A DNA stretch of 44,419 bases, taken from a virus. This document shows, piece after piece, positions 20,473 through 28,628 of the stretch. The stretch is from UHGV virus genome UHGV-0384003; one strand, 5' to 3'. A model generated the notes under the pieces. It saw only the letters and a program-made list of their open reading frames with translations. It did not search any database and was not told the DNA's origin. Positions within the stretch are counted from its first letter, which is position 1. Each line of letters starts with the position of its first letter. Both the position numbers and the translations under genes were made by a program.

Positions 20473-20596
20473 ACGATACTATAAAATGGGGCTATTCCCG
20501 TTAGAAAAAGTTAAGCAATCTGTTACAGTTAAATGGATAACAGTAGATGAATACAAAAAGATTACTGGTCAAGATTACGAGTCACTAGCTGAATAG
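20456..20596 (+). CDS. XkdX-family small phage protein (absent from the ORF track, under 60 aa)
   Basis: 46-aa ORF MYRIVERYYKMGLFPLEKVKQSVTVKWITVDEYKKITGQDYESLAE. It matches the XkdX signature (..ryY.mGl...e.Vk..V.kgwIT.eEYkeITG..Y). RBS AAAGGAAG 8 nt upstream. Overlaps the previous stop by 17 nt. Confidence 0.55.
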   Translation: MYRIVERYYKMGLFPLEKVKQSVTVKWITVDEYKKITGQDYESLAE

Positions 20597-20610
20597 CTGG
20601 TGGTTTTATT

Positions 20611-21066
20611 TTGGATAAAAGCAGGTGTTATATGAAAAACAATATGAAAGATTTGACACTGGCCGAAACCATAGCAGCAATAATGGTTTTTAGTTATGGT
20701 TTTAGAGAGTTTTTAAGAGGCTTCTTTTGGTTCAAAGAACAAGATGACGTTTTAGATGATAGTTCTTTTTATCTAGCGTTACATCATATTATGCCTATTT
20801 GGGGTTGGGGAATTGTTGTGATGTTTGCAGGTTTAATCGTAATGATTTCATCAATATTCCTTGCATCAAGTGATCAAAACACTAAATTTAGCAAACTTAT
20901 TACATTGGGTGGTTTTTTGTCAGCTATTCTTTATTTTTTGATGACCAGTGCAAGTATCTATCACTCAATCAACTGGCTAACCACTGTACATATGGGGCTA
21001 ATGTCAGCAACAGGTTTTGTTGCGTCCTTTGTTGGAGGTGCTGACTTATATGCCAGACGAAAATAA
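20611..21066 (+). CDS. polytopic membrane protein (four predicted TM segments) within the tail module
   Basis: 151 aa with four hydrophobic stretches (IAAIMVFSYGF, IWGWGIVVMFAGLIVMISSIFLA, LITLGGFLSAILYFLMTSA, LMSATGFVASFVGGA). Confidence 0.5.
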   Translation: MDKSRCYMKNNMKDLTLAETIAAIMVFSYGFREFLRGFFWFKEQDDVLDDSSFYLALHHIMPIWGWGIVVMFAGLIVMISSIFLASSDQNTKFSKLITLGGFLSAILYFLMTSASIYHSINWLTTVHMGLMSATGFVASFVGGADLYARRK

Positions 21067-21445
21067 GTATGTACTACGCCACGAATGGGTTAAATCAAAC
21101 GGCGATATTTACGAAAAGATTAACGAAAATGATAAAAAGAACATCAAAGAAATAGGCGAATTAAAAACGAAAATTGAGACACAAACAACATTACAACGGC
21201 AAACCTATGAGGCTCAAAAAGAGACCAATCACAACATCAAAGACTTAACTAAAGTCATGACTAACGTAGGTAATGAAATGACTGATATTAAGTACAAAGT
21301 CATGTCTCATGACGAAAAAATAAAAACCATTCAAGGAACAATAGAAACAAAACAAAAGGGTAGTGTTCAAATCATTGTAGCGCTCATAGGTTTGGCCGGT
21401 ACTTTAGTGGGTGCTGCCTTTGCGTTTGCACAAGTATTTTTTTAA
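21050..21445 (+). CDS. coiled-coil protein with C-terminal transmembrane anchor
   Basis: ATG at 21050 (MPDENKY...). Charged coiled-coil body and a C-terminal TM segment (IIVALIGLAGTLVGAAFAFAQVFF). Followed by a terminator. Confidence 0.5.
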   Translation: MPDENKYVLRHEWVKSNGDIYEKINENDKKNIKEIGELKTKIETQTTLQRQTYEAQKETNHNIKDLTKVMTNVGNEMTDIKYKVMSHDEKIKTIQGTIETKQKGSVQIIVALIGLAGTLVGAAFAFAQVFF

Positions 21446-21476
21446 GTCGACTTTAATTAGTCGGCTTTTTATTTTG
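21444..21476 (+). terminator. rho-independent terminator
   Basis: AAGTCGAC-tttaatta-GTCGGCTT stem followed by TTTTATTTT. Confidence 0.55.
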
Positions 21477-21487
21477 GAGGTGGATAA

Positions 21488-23422
21488 ATGGGATTACCAA
21501 ACCCAAAAAAAAGGAAACCTACTGCATCTGAAGTTGCAAAATGGGCTAGAAGTAGGATAGGTAAAAGATTAGATGTCGACGGATATTATGGCGCACAATG
21601 TTGGGACTTACCTAACTTCATTTTCAAAAGGTATTGGAATTTTTTTACAACAGGGAACGCTATTGCTATGGCATGGTATCGCTATCCTAGAGGGTTTAAA
21701 TTTTACAGAAATACAGCGTCATTTGTTCCCAAGCCTGGTGATTTTGCTGTTTGGGGGACAGGTTCATTTAACAACGGTACAGGTCACACAGCTGTAGTTG
21801 TAGGACCAAGTAACCGCAATTATTTTACTAGCGTTGACCAAAATTGGCGAAATGCCAACGGCTATACAGGTTCTCCTGGCTCATTAGAAAAACATAGTTA
21901 TTACGGTATTAGTGGGTTTGTTAGACCACCATATCAAAAAGAAGTTAAAAAGAAACCTAAACCAACAACTAAGCCTACTAAACCTACTAAACCTGTACCT
22001 AGTACATCGCCCACACCAGACAAGAATACCACTGAACAAACAAAGCCAACTACCAAAAAAGTTAAAAAAGTCCAATACACTGACTTTCTATACTCTCTAG
22101 ATAAAGAATTAGAATACAACGACCATTTAATCGTAGATGACGGCAATTTGATGACTAAGCCTAAAGGTATATACATCAAAGAATGTCCTCATTTACGCGA
22201 TGTTGAAGAATTGTATTTGCAACGTAATAGGTTTGTTAGCAAAGATGAATATCCACACGTCTATATTGATCGTGAACAAATATGGACCCCAAGACCACCT
22301 GATACAGAGGCGCCCTCACACCCAGGTTGGTTAGTGTTAGAAGTTTGTGGCGCGCAAACAGAAAGCAAACGCCAATTCATGCTAAACCAACTACAAGCGT
22401 TGATATATGGTGTGTGGTTAATGAGTTGGTCAAAAATCAAGCTATCTGAAAGCACAATTAAAGCAGACCCTAATATTTGGCGCTCAATGAAAGATTTAAT
22501 CAATTACGACATGATAAAAAACGGCATTCCTGATGAAAGTAAGTACAAAGAAGTCGAAAGTAAGATTATTGAGATGTACCTCAAAAAAGATAAGTTACTA
22601 AAAGAAAAAATAGTAACAACTACAAGCACAAAAATAATCAAAATTAAATCTGACAAAGAGGCTAAAACAACTAAACCGACAATTACAACGCCGTCTACTT
22701 CTAAATCTAAAAAAACTACGCCACCAAAACAAACTAAAGCTAAGGTTACAGTAGAAAAGAGTGGGTTTACATTTACTCAAGCACTTAACTTACAGATGAG
22801 TAGAGGGTACCCACAAAAAAGTAATGGTTATAGTTGGTACTTCCCTAGCCGTTCAGCTGTTAGTGCAGCAATGAACCCTACATCCATATGGAATAGCTCA
22901 TCACAAAGATACCAAATGCTTAATTTAGGTAAATATCAGGGCGTTAGCGTAGATAAGTTAAATATAATATTAAATGGTCGCGGTACTCTATCAGGACAGG
23001 GCAAAGCGTTCGCAGAAGGTTGTAAGAAGTACAATATAAACGAAATATACTTAATTGCTCACGCATTATTAGAAAGCGGAAATGGACGTTCTTACTTTGC
23101 AAGTGGTAGTTCAGGTGTATATAACTACTTTGGTATAGGTGCTTATGATAACAACCCTAACAACGCTATATCTTTTGCGCGTGGAAGAGGTTGGACGACA
23201 CCGGCAAAAGCAATTATCGGTGGCGCTAAATTCGTTAGACAAGATTACATCAACAAAGGACAAAATACATTATACCGTATGCGTTGGAACCCTAAAAACC
23301 CTGCCACGCATCAATATGCAACAGACATTCGTTGGTGTGAACATCAAGCAAGCACAATATACAGTTATTACAAAAAAATAGGGTTAAAAGGTCTCTACTA
23401 CATTAGAGATAAATACAAATAA
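21488..23422 (+). CDS. virion-associated peptidoglycan hydrolase (N-terminal CHAP + C-terminal glucosaminidase)
   Basis: CHAP motifs (QCWDLPNF ... GHTAVVV). C-terminal mannosyl-glycoprotein endo-beta-N-acetylglucosaminidase motifs (LIAHALLESGNG ... YNYFGIGAYD). Two Pro/Thr/Lys low-complexity linkers. RBS GGAGGTG. Confidence 0.85.
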   Translation: MGLPNPKKRKPTASEVAKWARSRIGKRLDVDGYYGAQCWDLPNFIFKRYWNFFTTGNAIAMAWYRYPRGFKFYRNTASFVPKPGDFAVWGTGSFNNGTGHTAVVVGPSNRNYFTSVDQNWRNANGYTGSPGSLEKHSYYGISGFVRPPYQKEVKKKPKPTTKPTKPTKPVPSTSPTPDKNTTEQTKPTTKKVKKVQYTDFLYSLDKELEYNDHLIVDDGNLMTKPKGIYIKECPHLRDVEELYLQRNRFVSKDEYPHVYIDREQIWTPRPPDTEAPSHPGWLVLEVCGAQTESKRQFMLNQLQALIYGVWLMSWSKIKLSESTIKADPNIWRSMKDLINYDMIKNGIPDESKYKEVESKIIEMYLKKDKLLKEKIVTTTSTKIIKIKSDKEAKTTKPTITTPSTSKSKKTTPPKQTKAKVTVEKSGFTFTQALNLQMSRGYPQKSNGYSWYFPSRSAVSAAMNPTSIWNSSSQRYQMLNLGKYQGVSVDKLNIILNGRGTLSGQGKAFAEGCKKYNINEIYLIAHALLESGNGRSYFASGSSGVYNYFGIGAYDNNPNNAISFARGRGWTTPAKAIIGGAKFVRQDYINKGQNTLYRMRWNPKNPATHQYATDIRWCEHQASTIYSYYKKIGLKGLYYIRDKYK

Positions 23423-23473
23423 GGCTAACTGTTGCCAACAGTTAGCCTTAAATATTATACAAGAGGTGTCTGA

Positions 23474-25606
23474 ATGGATTACAAACTAAAGGATATTAAC
23501 ATTAATTTTACAGCGGAAACAGCAGAAATCGGGGATATTAATACTCGTTTCTATACCGAAGATGATGGTTCAGCTTATATCAGAATGACGATTAACGGTG
23601 ATAGTAAGCCATTCGACTTCACTAAAACAGACTTAGTACCTAAATTGACATTATTTGCTAAAGATGGATCTATTTTTGGCAATGAATTAGTTGAAATTGT
23701 TTTACCAGACAAAGGTGTTATTCAATATAAAGTTTCAGATAACGTCATAAAGCACGCCGGTCGTATGAATGCGATTTTACTTCTTGTTAATGATGAAAGA
23801 AGTATACATGCAGCTAATTTTTATTTCACTATTAAAGATAGTGGTCTAATTGGTGCAATAGGCAAAGAAATTGAAGTTGATAGTTTAAAAAGTATAGTAA
23901 AAGAAGTAATGAGCAATAATGCTATGGGCTTACTAACTGAAGATTATCGTAAACAATTATTAGATAATATTCAAAAATTTTTATTAGATAATGAAGATAC
24001 ATTCAAAGGTAAGGCGGGGGATATCCCAGAAGAAATCGTTGACGCAAGAGGTAGAAGTAACTCATTAAAAGAAGAGATGGATAGAATAGAAAATAAAACA
24101 TATACAAAAAATTCTAATAAAGTTAGACCTCTTGTTTCTTTTTATTTAGATGACGGATATCAAAACGATTACGATGTTGTTTATCCTAAGGCTAAATCAC
24201 TAAACATACCAATAACAGCATGTTTATATAACACAAGCGAGTTACTTTCTACTCCAGATAAATTAAATGAATTAATAGATAATGGATGGGAAATTCATTC
24301 TCATACAGCACATCACGTAGATTTAGATAAAATGACTTACGAAGAACAAAAGAAAGAAATGTATGACAATATCATGTACTACAAAAATATAGGTATCGAT
24401 TTAAAAGGTATTTGTTACCCTAAAGGCTACTCAAATGAGCATACACCTAAAGCTGCACGTCAATTTTTTGAAGTGGGTATGAGTTCAATTCCGGGTATTA
24501 ATAGTTCTCCGATTGATACTTATTACGTCAAACGTGATTTAACCGATCAAACAGACATGAACAAAATGAAAGAACGTGTAGATAAAATCCTAGCAGATGG
24601 TAAGGGTTGGTTAGTATTCTATTCACATACTAATATTTTTAAACAAAATACAGAAGTTCGTGATAGATACTTTGAAATGATGGACTATGTTAAAAGTAAA
24701 GATATTGAATGTGCCACAGTACATGATGCTATGAAAGTTTACGGAAATACTTTAGATATTGGTGATGTAAAATATAGTGAGAATTATCTTAAAGTTGGTA
24801 GTGATGGTGTATTAGATACAAGTAATTTACCAATTATTTATAATAAAAATTTAACAAATGTTAGTTCTATTAAAGGAACTGATTTCAAAGACGGTAAAAT
24901 CACAATTACATCATTTGACTTATCTAAAAAAAGTGATATTCCATTCGATAGCGGTGTAGGTACGTTATACACAGACAGACGTTTTGAATTGAACGAATAC
25001 GGACAACGTGCATTCCAACGTTTTGAAGGAATAGACGGAACAATTGTTCAACGTGTTTATAATGGAGGTAAATGGTCTGATTGGTCTACTGTTGGTGGTA
25101 TGAATACTGTAAGAGGTACATTTAACAGTGCATCTGTTATTACTGATTTCCCTAAATTCAAACGTACAACATTTGCAGTCTTAGCGGGCGATAACGCTGG
25201 CTTCCCCGAACAAATCGGTACAGTAGAAACGAATCGTTTTAGTTCAGCAGATGTATTAGGATATCAATTGTTCTACCCTTATAATCGCAACTATTTCTAC
25301 AAACGCTATTGGACTACTAACGGTTGGAGTGATTGGGATAAAATATCCCCTACATTAGGATTAGCACAAAGTTTTGACTTTGGAGATATTGAAGCTAACT
25401 CAACAAGAACCTACTCATTTACAATCAACGGTGTAAATGATAATGATGTACCTAGCATTAACTTCTCACAAGGGTTAGCTAACGGACTCATTCCATTTAT
25501 CTATACAGCAGGAAATAACACCATAGTAGTTAAAATTATTAATGTTTACAATAATAAAACAACAATTGGCACTCGACCTATCAGAATTAAAGTGCTTAAA
25601 AACTAA
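23474..25606 (+). CDS. baseplate/fibre protein with embedded polysaccharide deacetylase (NodB / CE4) domain
   Basis: 710 aa. CE4 motifs in order: YLDDGY (MT1), HSHTAHH (MT2), CYPKGY (MT3-like), WLVFYSHT (MT5). N-terminal region resembles baseplate upper protein (BppU-like). C-terminal beta-rich domain. Confidence 0.6.
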   Translation: MDYKLKDININFTAETAEIGDINTRFYTEDDGSAYIRMTINGDSKPFDFTKTDLVPKLTLFAKDGSIFGNELVEIVLPDKGVIQYKVSDNVIKHAGRMNAILLLVNDERSIHAANFYFTIKDSGLIGAIGKEIEVDSLKSIVKEVMSNNAMGLLTEDYRKQLLDNIQKFLLDNEDTFKGKAGDIPEEIVDARGRSNSLKEEMDRIENKTYTKNSNKVRPLVSFYLDDGYQNDYDVVYPKAKSLNIPITACLYNTSELLSTPDKLNELIDNGWEIHSHTAHHVDLDKMTYEEQKKEMYDNIMYYKNIGIDLKGICYPKGYSNEHTPKAARQFFEVGMSSIPGINSSPIDTYYVKRDLTDQTDMNKMKERVDKILADGKGWLVFYSHTNIFKQNTEVRDRYFEMMDYVKSKDIECATVHDAMKVYGNTLDIGDVKYSENYLKVGSDGVLDTSNLPIIYNKNLTNVSSIKGTDFKDGKITITSFDLSKKSDIPFDSGVGTLYTDRRFELNEYGQRAFQRFEGIDGTIVQRVYNGGKWSDWSTVGGMNTVRGTFNSASVITDFPKFKRTTFAVLAGDNAGFPEQIGTVETNRFSSADVLGYQLFYPYNRNYFYKRYWTTNGWSDWDKISPTLGLAQSFDFGDIEANSTRTYSFTINGVNDNDVPSINFSQGLANGLIPFIYTAGNNTIVVKIINVYNNKTTIGTRPIRIKVLKN

Positions 25607-25610
25607 TTAC

Positions 25611-25641
25611 AGCTGACCTTTTTAGGTCGGCTTTTTATTTT
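25611..25641 (+). terminator. rho-independent terminator (near-duplicate of the one at 21444)
   Basis: AGCTGACC-ttttta-GGTCGGCT stem then TTTTATTTT. Confidence 0.55.
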
Positions 25642-25658
25642 GAATAAGGAGTGTATAC

Positions 25659-25928
25659 ATGAAAACAGATGTAGGTTCAATCGTTAGAACAATTGTATTT
25701 ATTTTAGCTTGGGTTAACCAATTTTTAGCTACAAAACATATATCACCTATTCCAGTAGATGAAGTAACTATCAGTTCTATTATAACTGGTGCAGTTTCCT
25801 TGTGGACTTGGTGGAAAAATAATAATTTCTCTCACGCAGCACAAAAAGGGCAACAAAAAATACATGAAGTTAAAGCAGGCACAGACTCAACAGGCGCTGC
25901 GCCTCAAATGAATGGAGATGATTTTTAA
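25659..25928 (+). CDS. holin
   Basis: 89 aa. Two hydrophobic TM segments followed by a charged C-terminus. Immediately upstream of and overlapping the endolysin start. RBS AAGGAG. Confidence 0.8.
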   Translation: MKTDVGSIVRTIVFILAWVNQFLATKHISPIPVDEVTISSIITGAVSLWTWWKNNNFSHAAQKGQQKIHEVKAGTDSTGAAPQMNGDDF

Positions 25929-27343
25929 TGACATCAATCAGAACATATAAACAAGCTATAAGTTATCTGAAAAGTTTAGAGGGGAAAGCATGGAACCCTG
26001 ACAGAACCTACGGGGTGCAATGCTTTGATCTAGCTAATCAATATTGGTTGTATCTATTCGGTCATACTTTAAAAGGTGTAGGTGCTGCGGATATTCCGAC
26101 ATGGAACAATTTTACTGGTGAAGCTACTGTTTATGAAAATACACTATCATTCTTAGCTAAACCCGGAGATGTCGTAATATTCAATAGAAATTATGGTGGT
26201 GGTTATGGTCACGTTGGTATCGTCATCTCTGCTACCTCTAACTCTATAACGATACTTGAGCAAAACTGGTTGGGTGGCGCTTATTGGACACCACCCGAAG
26301 TAACTACGAGACGCACACATGGTTACGACTTCCCTATGTGGTTTATTAGACCTTTCTATGCTAAAGAAACGACTAAAAACAAACTTAAAAGCAAAGCTAA
26401 GCCAGTTAAGAAAGCGAAAGCTAAGAAAGGTAAGAAAATATTACTTGTAGCTGGACATGGTAAAGGTGCTTATTCAAATGATCCCGGTGCAGTGGCAAAT
26501 GGATATAATGAGCGTGACTTTAACAGAAAAGAAATTATCCCTAGAATCAAGAACTATCTTGAAAGTGTAGGCAATACGGTTATTTTATATGGTGGCAAAT
26601 CGATGAACCAAGACTTGTATCAAGATACGTTATATGGACAACGTGTAGGCAACTATTCAGATTATGGTTTGTATTGGGTTAAAAAGAACGTGAAACCTGA
26701 TGCGATTGTAGAATTCCACTTAGATGCTGCTAGTCCACAAGCAAGTGGCGGACATGTCATTGTAAGCGACAGATATCCGGCAGATGATATTGATAAGGCA
26801 TTATCTAGCGCTCTAGGTAAGACAGTTGGCAAAATTAGAGGTGTGACACCTAGAAATGATTTATTAAATGCCAACGTTACTGGACAACTTAATTTAAATT
26901 ATAGATTAATCGAATTAGGTTTCATAACAAGTAAAAAAGATATGGACTATATAACTAAGAACATCAACAGTTTTACTAAACGAATTGCAGAGGCTATCAA
27001 TGGTAGACAAATCAATGCGCCTAAGAGTAAGCCTTCCAGCAAAAAGACAACATGGAACTGGGGAGGCACTTTTTACCCTAACGCACCTAAAAGTGGTATT
27101 AGAGTTAGAAGGTCGCCGGGTATCAATGGTACTATTGTTGAAAGTGGCTCATGGTTATACGGAAAGACAGATTGGGTTGAATTCGACCAAGTTATTAAAA
27201 AAGATGGATATTGGTGGCTTCGCTTTAAATATCAAGCACCCGGTTCAAGCAAAAAAGATTTCTACTGCGCTGTTTGTAAAATTACAGATAAACAACAAAA
27301 AATAAAAAACGAGAAATATTGGGGTAAAATAGATTGGAAATGA
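25928..27343 (+). CDS. endolysin: CHAP + N-acetylmuramoyl-L-alanine amidase (amidase_3-like) + SH3b cell-wall-binding domain
   Basis: CHAP motifs ([10 protein letters not shown] ... GHVGIVI). Central amidase motifs ([17 protein letters not shown]). C-terminal SH3b ([23 protein letters not shown]). Canonical position after the holin. Confidence 0.9.
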   Translation: MTSIRTYKQAISYLKSLEGKAWNPDRTYGVQCFDLANQYWLYLFGHTLKGVGAADIPTWNNFTGEATVYENTLSFLAKPGDVVIFNRNYGGGYGHVGIVISATSNSITILEQNWLGGAYWTPPEVTTRRTHGYDFPMWFIRPFYAKETTKNKLKSKAKPVKKAKAKKGKKILLVAGHGKGAYSNDPGAVANGYNERDFNRKEIIPRIKNYLESVGNTVILYGGKSMNQDLYQDTLYGQRVGNYSDYGLYWVKKNVKPDAIVEFHLDAASPQASGGHVIVSDRYPADDIDKALSSALGKTVGKIRGVTPRNDLLNANVTGQLNLNYRLIELGFITSKKDMDYITKNINSFTKRIAEAINGRQINAPKSKPSSKKTTWNWGGTFYPNAPKSGIRVRRSPGINGTIVESGSWLYGKTDWVEFDQVIKKDGYWWLRFKYQAPGSSKKDFYCAVCKITDKQQKIKNEKYWGKIDWK

Positions 27344-27370
27344 TATAATTAAATTACCACGACATTACAC

Positions 27371-27401
27371 AAGGGTAGTCCTAGCGACTGCCCTCTTTTT
27401 T
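27371..27401 (+). terminator. rho-independent terminator of the lysis cassette
   Basis: AGGGTAGTC-ctagc-GACTGCCCT stem followed by a T8 run. Confidence 0.65.
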
Positions 27402-27402
27402 T

Positions 27403-27411
27403 ATGTTATAA
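27403..27411 (+). promoter_or_regulatory. extended -10 promoter element (TGtTATAAT), copy 1 of a duplicated CTCTTTTT(T)ATGTTATAAT motif
   Basis: TG at 27403-4, TATAAT at 27406-11. The same 20-nt motif recurs at 27473-27492. Confidence 0.45.
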
Positions 27412-27417
27412 TCAAAT

Positions 27418-27481
27418 AGAAATTGCGGTACACATCTAAGGAGTGTATCTGAGTATAACTGTTGCGACGGTTATCTCTTTT
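27418..27481 (+). ncRNA. putative short non-coding transcript 1 (~60 nt)
   Basis: Lies between promoter copy 1 and the T-run that precedes promoter copy 2. Contains GGAGTG but no usable start codon or ORF. Internal imperfect hairpins. Confidence 0.3.
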
Positions 27482-27483
27482 TA

Positions 27484-27492
27484 TGTTATAAT
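27484..27492 (+). promoter_or_regulatory. extended -10 promoter element (TGtTATAAT), copy 2
   Basis: TG at 27484-5, TATAAT at 27487-92. Confidence 0.45.
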
Positions 27493-27498
27493 ACATTT

Positions 27499-27641
27499 AC
27501 AAAGAGCCAAGCGCTCATCCTAAATTCTCGGTAGCCATTCCGATTTAGTGGAGGCCTTGCTTGCGTTTAGCAGTAAGTAACTGACCACTCATTTGATAGA
27601 CGTCTAGTAACCGTATCTTAATAGGTACGGTTATTTTTTTA
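27499..27641 (+). ncRNA. putative non-coding transcript 2 (~140 nt) ending at a strong intrinsic terminator
   Basis: No ATG-initiated ORF. Bounded by promoter copy 2 and the terminator TAACCGTA-tcttaatagg-TACGGTTA + T7 (27608-27641). Confidence 0.4.
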
Positions 27642-27673
27642 TGCGTAATTTTCGGAAAAACATATAAAAGCTA

Positions 27674-27702
27674 TTGCTTTTATATCTCATATGATATATA
27701 AT
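27674..27702 (+). promoter_or_regulatory. sigma-A-type promoter (-35 TTGCTT, 17-nt spacer, -10 TATAAT) for the micro-ORF transcript
   Basis: TTGCTT at 27674-79 and TATAAT at 27697-702, followed by RBS AAAGGAGGG at 27714-22. Confidence 0.5.
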
Positions 27703-27731
27703 TGTATTATAGTAAAGGAGGGACAAACGAA

Positions 27732-27842
27732 ATGAACCGAAGACGAAGAAATAAAAAAGAACGTCAACAAGAACTAACGATTTGGTTAATGGTAGCGAGC
27801 CTAATAATTCAAATCATAGCACTTATTAAAACGTTCTTCTAA
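27732..27842 (+). CDS. hydrophobic micro-protein (36 aa; basic N-terminus + one TM helix), type I toxin-like
   Basis: MNRRRRNKKERQQELTIWLMVASLIIQIIALIKTFF. Perfect RBS AAAGGAGGG 9 nt upstream. Own promoter. Absent from the ORF track (under 60 aa). Confidence 0.45.
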   Translation: MNRRRRNKKERQQELTIWLMVASLIIQIIALIKTFF

Positions 27843-27892
27843 ACAGGTTAGGGCGAAAGCCCTTAACCTCATTATATATGGAGGTGCATAAG

Positions 27893-27982
27893 ATGAAAAG
27901 TGAAAAACGAATTACAATTACATTTTATCTATCAATCGTTATTTTAATACTATCAATTATAAATTTAATCTTAACATTCTAA
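27893..27982 (+). CDS. hydrophobic micro-protein (29 aa; one TM helix), type I toxin-like
   Basis: MKSEKRITITFYLSIVILILSIINLILTF. RBS GGAGGTG 6 nt upstream. Preceded by a GAAA-tetraloop stem-loop (27846-27868). Confidence 0.45.
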   Translation: MKSEKRITITFYLSIVILILSIINLILTF

Positions 27983-28008
27983 ATTAATTCGGTTCATTTC
28001 TTAAATTT

Positions 28009-28596
28009 ATGAATAATCTAAGTGAGATAAAAAACACAATACAAAAGTTATTAGATGATAAATCAATATCAAATTACAGAATTCAAAAAGATACAGGTGT
28101 ATCGTATGGAAACATTAGTGAATTGAGAAACAAAAAAAGACAATTGAAGAACTTAACCTTGGAAACAGTCGAAAAACTATATAATTATCAAAAAGGGATA
28201 GAAAAAATGAACGAATTGAATAGCAAAATGATTGAAGATGTAGTATTAGGCGAAGTTGAATTAGTGGAAAGTTTAGGTCAATACTTTATCGATATTGAGG
28301 GAGATTACAAGTATAACGTAGAATTTGCCACACTTTCAGAAGTTGATTATAAAGTTTGTGCATTATATGAGGTTGCTACAAGCAAAACTTACGAAGTTCC
28401 TTATCACGATAAATTAGAAAAAGAAGATATGAAGTTATTTTATGATAAATGGTTAGAAAAAGATCAACAGGAAGAAACTTATATCGAGAGCGTATTCTTT
28501 GTAAATAAAGAAGATGCAGAAAGCTATATTAAAGATGTATTGAAAGGCAAAGAAAGTTTAACAGAAATTGCAGAACAAATTGGTTATTTCGAATAA
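28009..28596 (+). CDS. HTH (XRE-like) domain protein with uncharacterised C-terminal domain; attP-proximal moron
   Basis: 195 aa. N-terminal ~60 aa has an HTH_XRE-like pattern (ISNYRIQKDTGVSYGNISELRNKKR). C-terminal ~130 aa acidic domain with no motif recognised. Weak RBS at 28009; an alternative start is MNELNS at 28207. Followed by its own terminator. Confidence 0.5.
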   Translation: MNNLSEIKNTIQKLLDDKSISNYRIQKDTGVSYGNISELRNKKRQLKNLTLETVEKLYNYQKGIEKMNELNSKMIEDVVLGEVELVESLGQYFIDIEGDYKYNVEFATLSEVDYKVCALYEVATSKTYEVPYHDKLEKEDMKLFYDKWLEKDQQEETYIESVFFVNKEDAESYIKDVLKGKESLTEIAEQIGYFE

Positions 28597-28601
28597 AACA
28601 A

Positions 28602-28628
28602 AACCGGGATAAATTCCCGGTTATTTTT
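28602..28628 (+). terminator. rho-independent terminator
   Basis: AACCGGGA-taaat-TCCCGGTT stem followed by TTATTTTT. Confidence 0.65.

Noticed and set aside
27418-27641. Possibility that the two promoter-driven transcripts encode peptides (for example a GTG-initiated 25-aa frame at 27444)
   Set aside because: No ATG start. The only GTG abuts the SD-like sequence with zero spacing. Treated as non-coding RNA candidates.
28009-28206. Alternative shorter version of the HTH protein starting at MNELNS (28207) because 28009 lacks a good RBS
   Set aside because: The N-terminal 66 residues have a coherent HTH_XRE pattern that would be lost. The full-length call is kept, and the uncertainty is noted.
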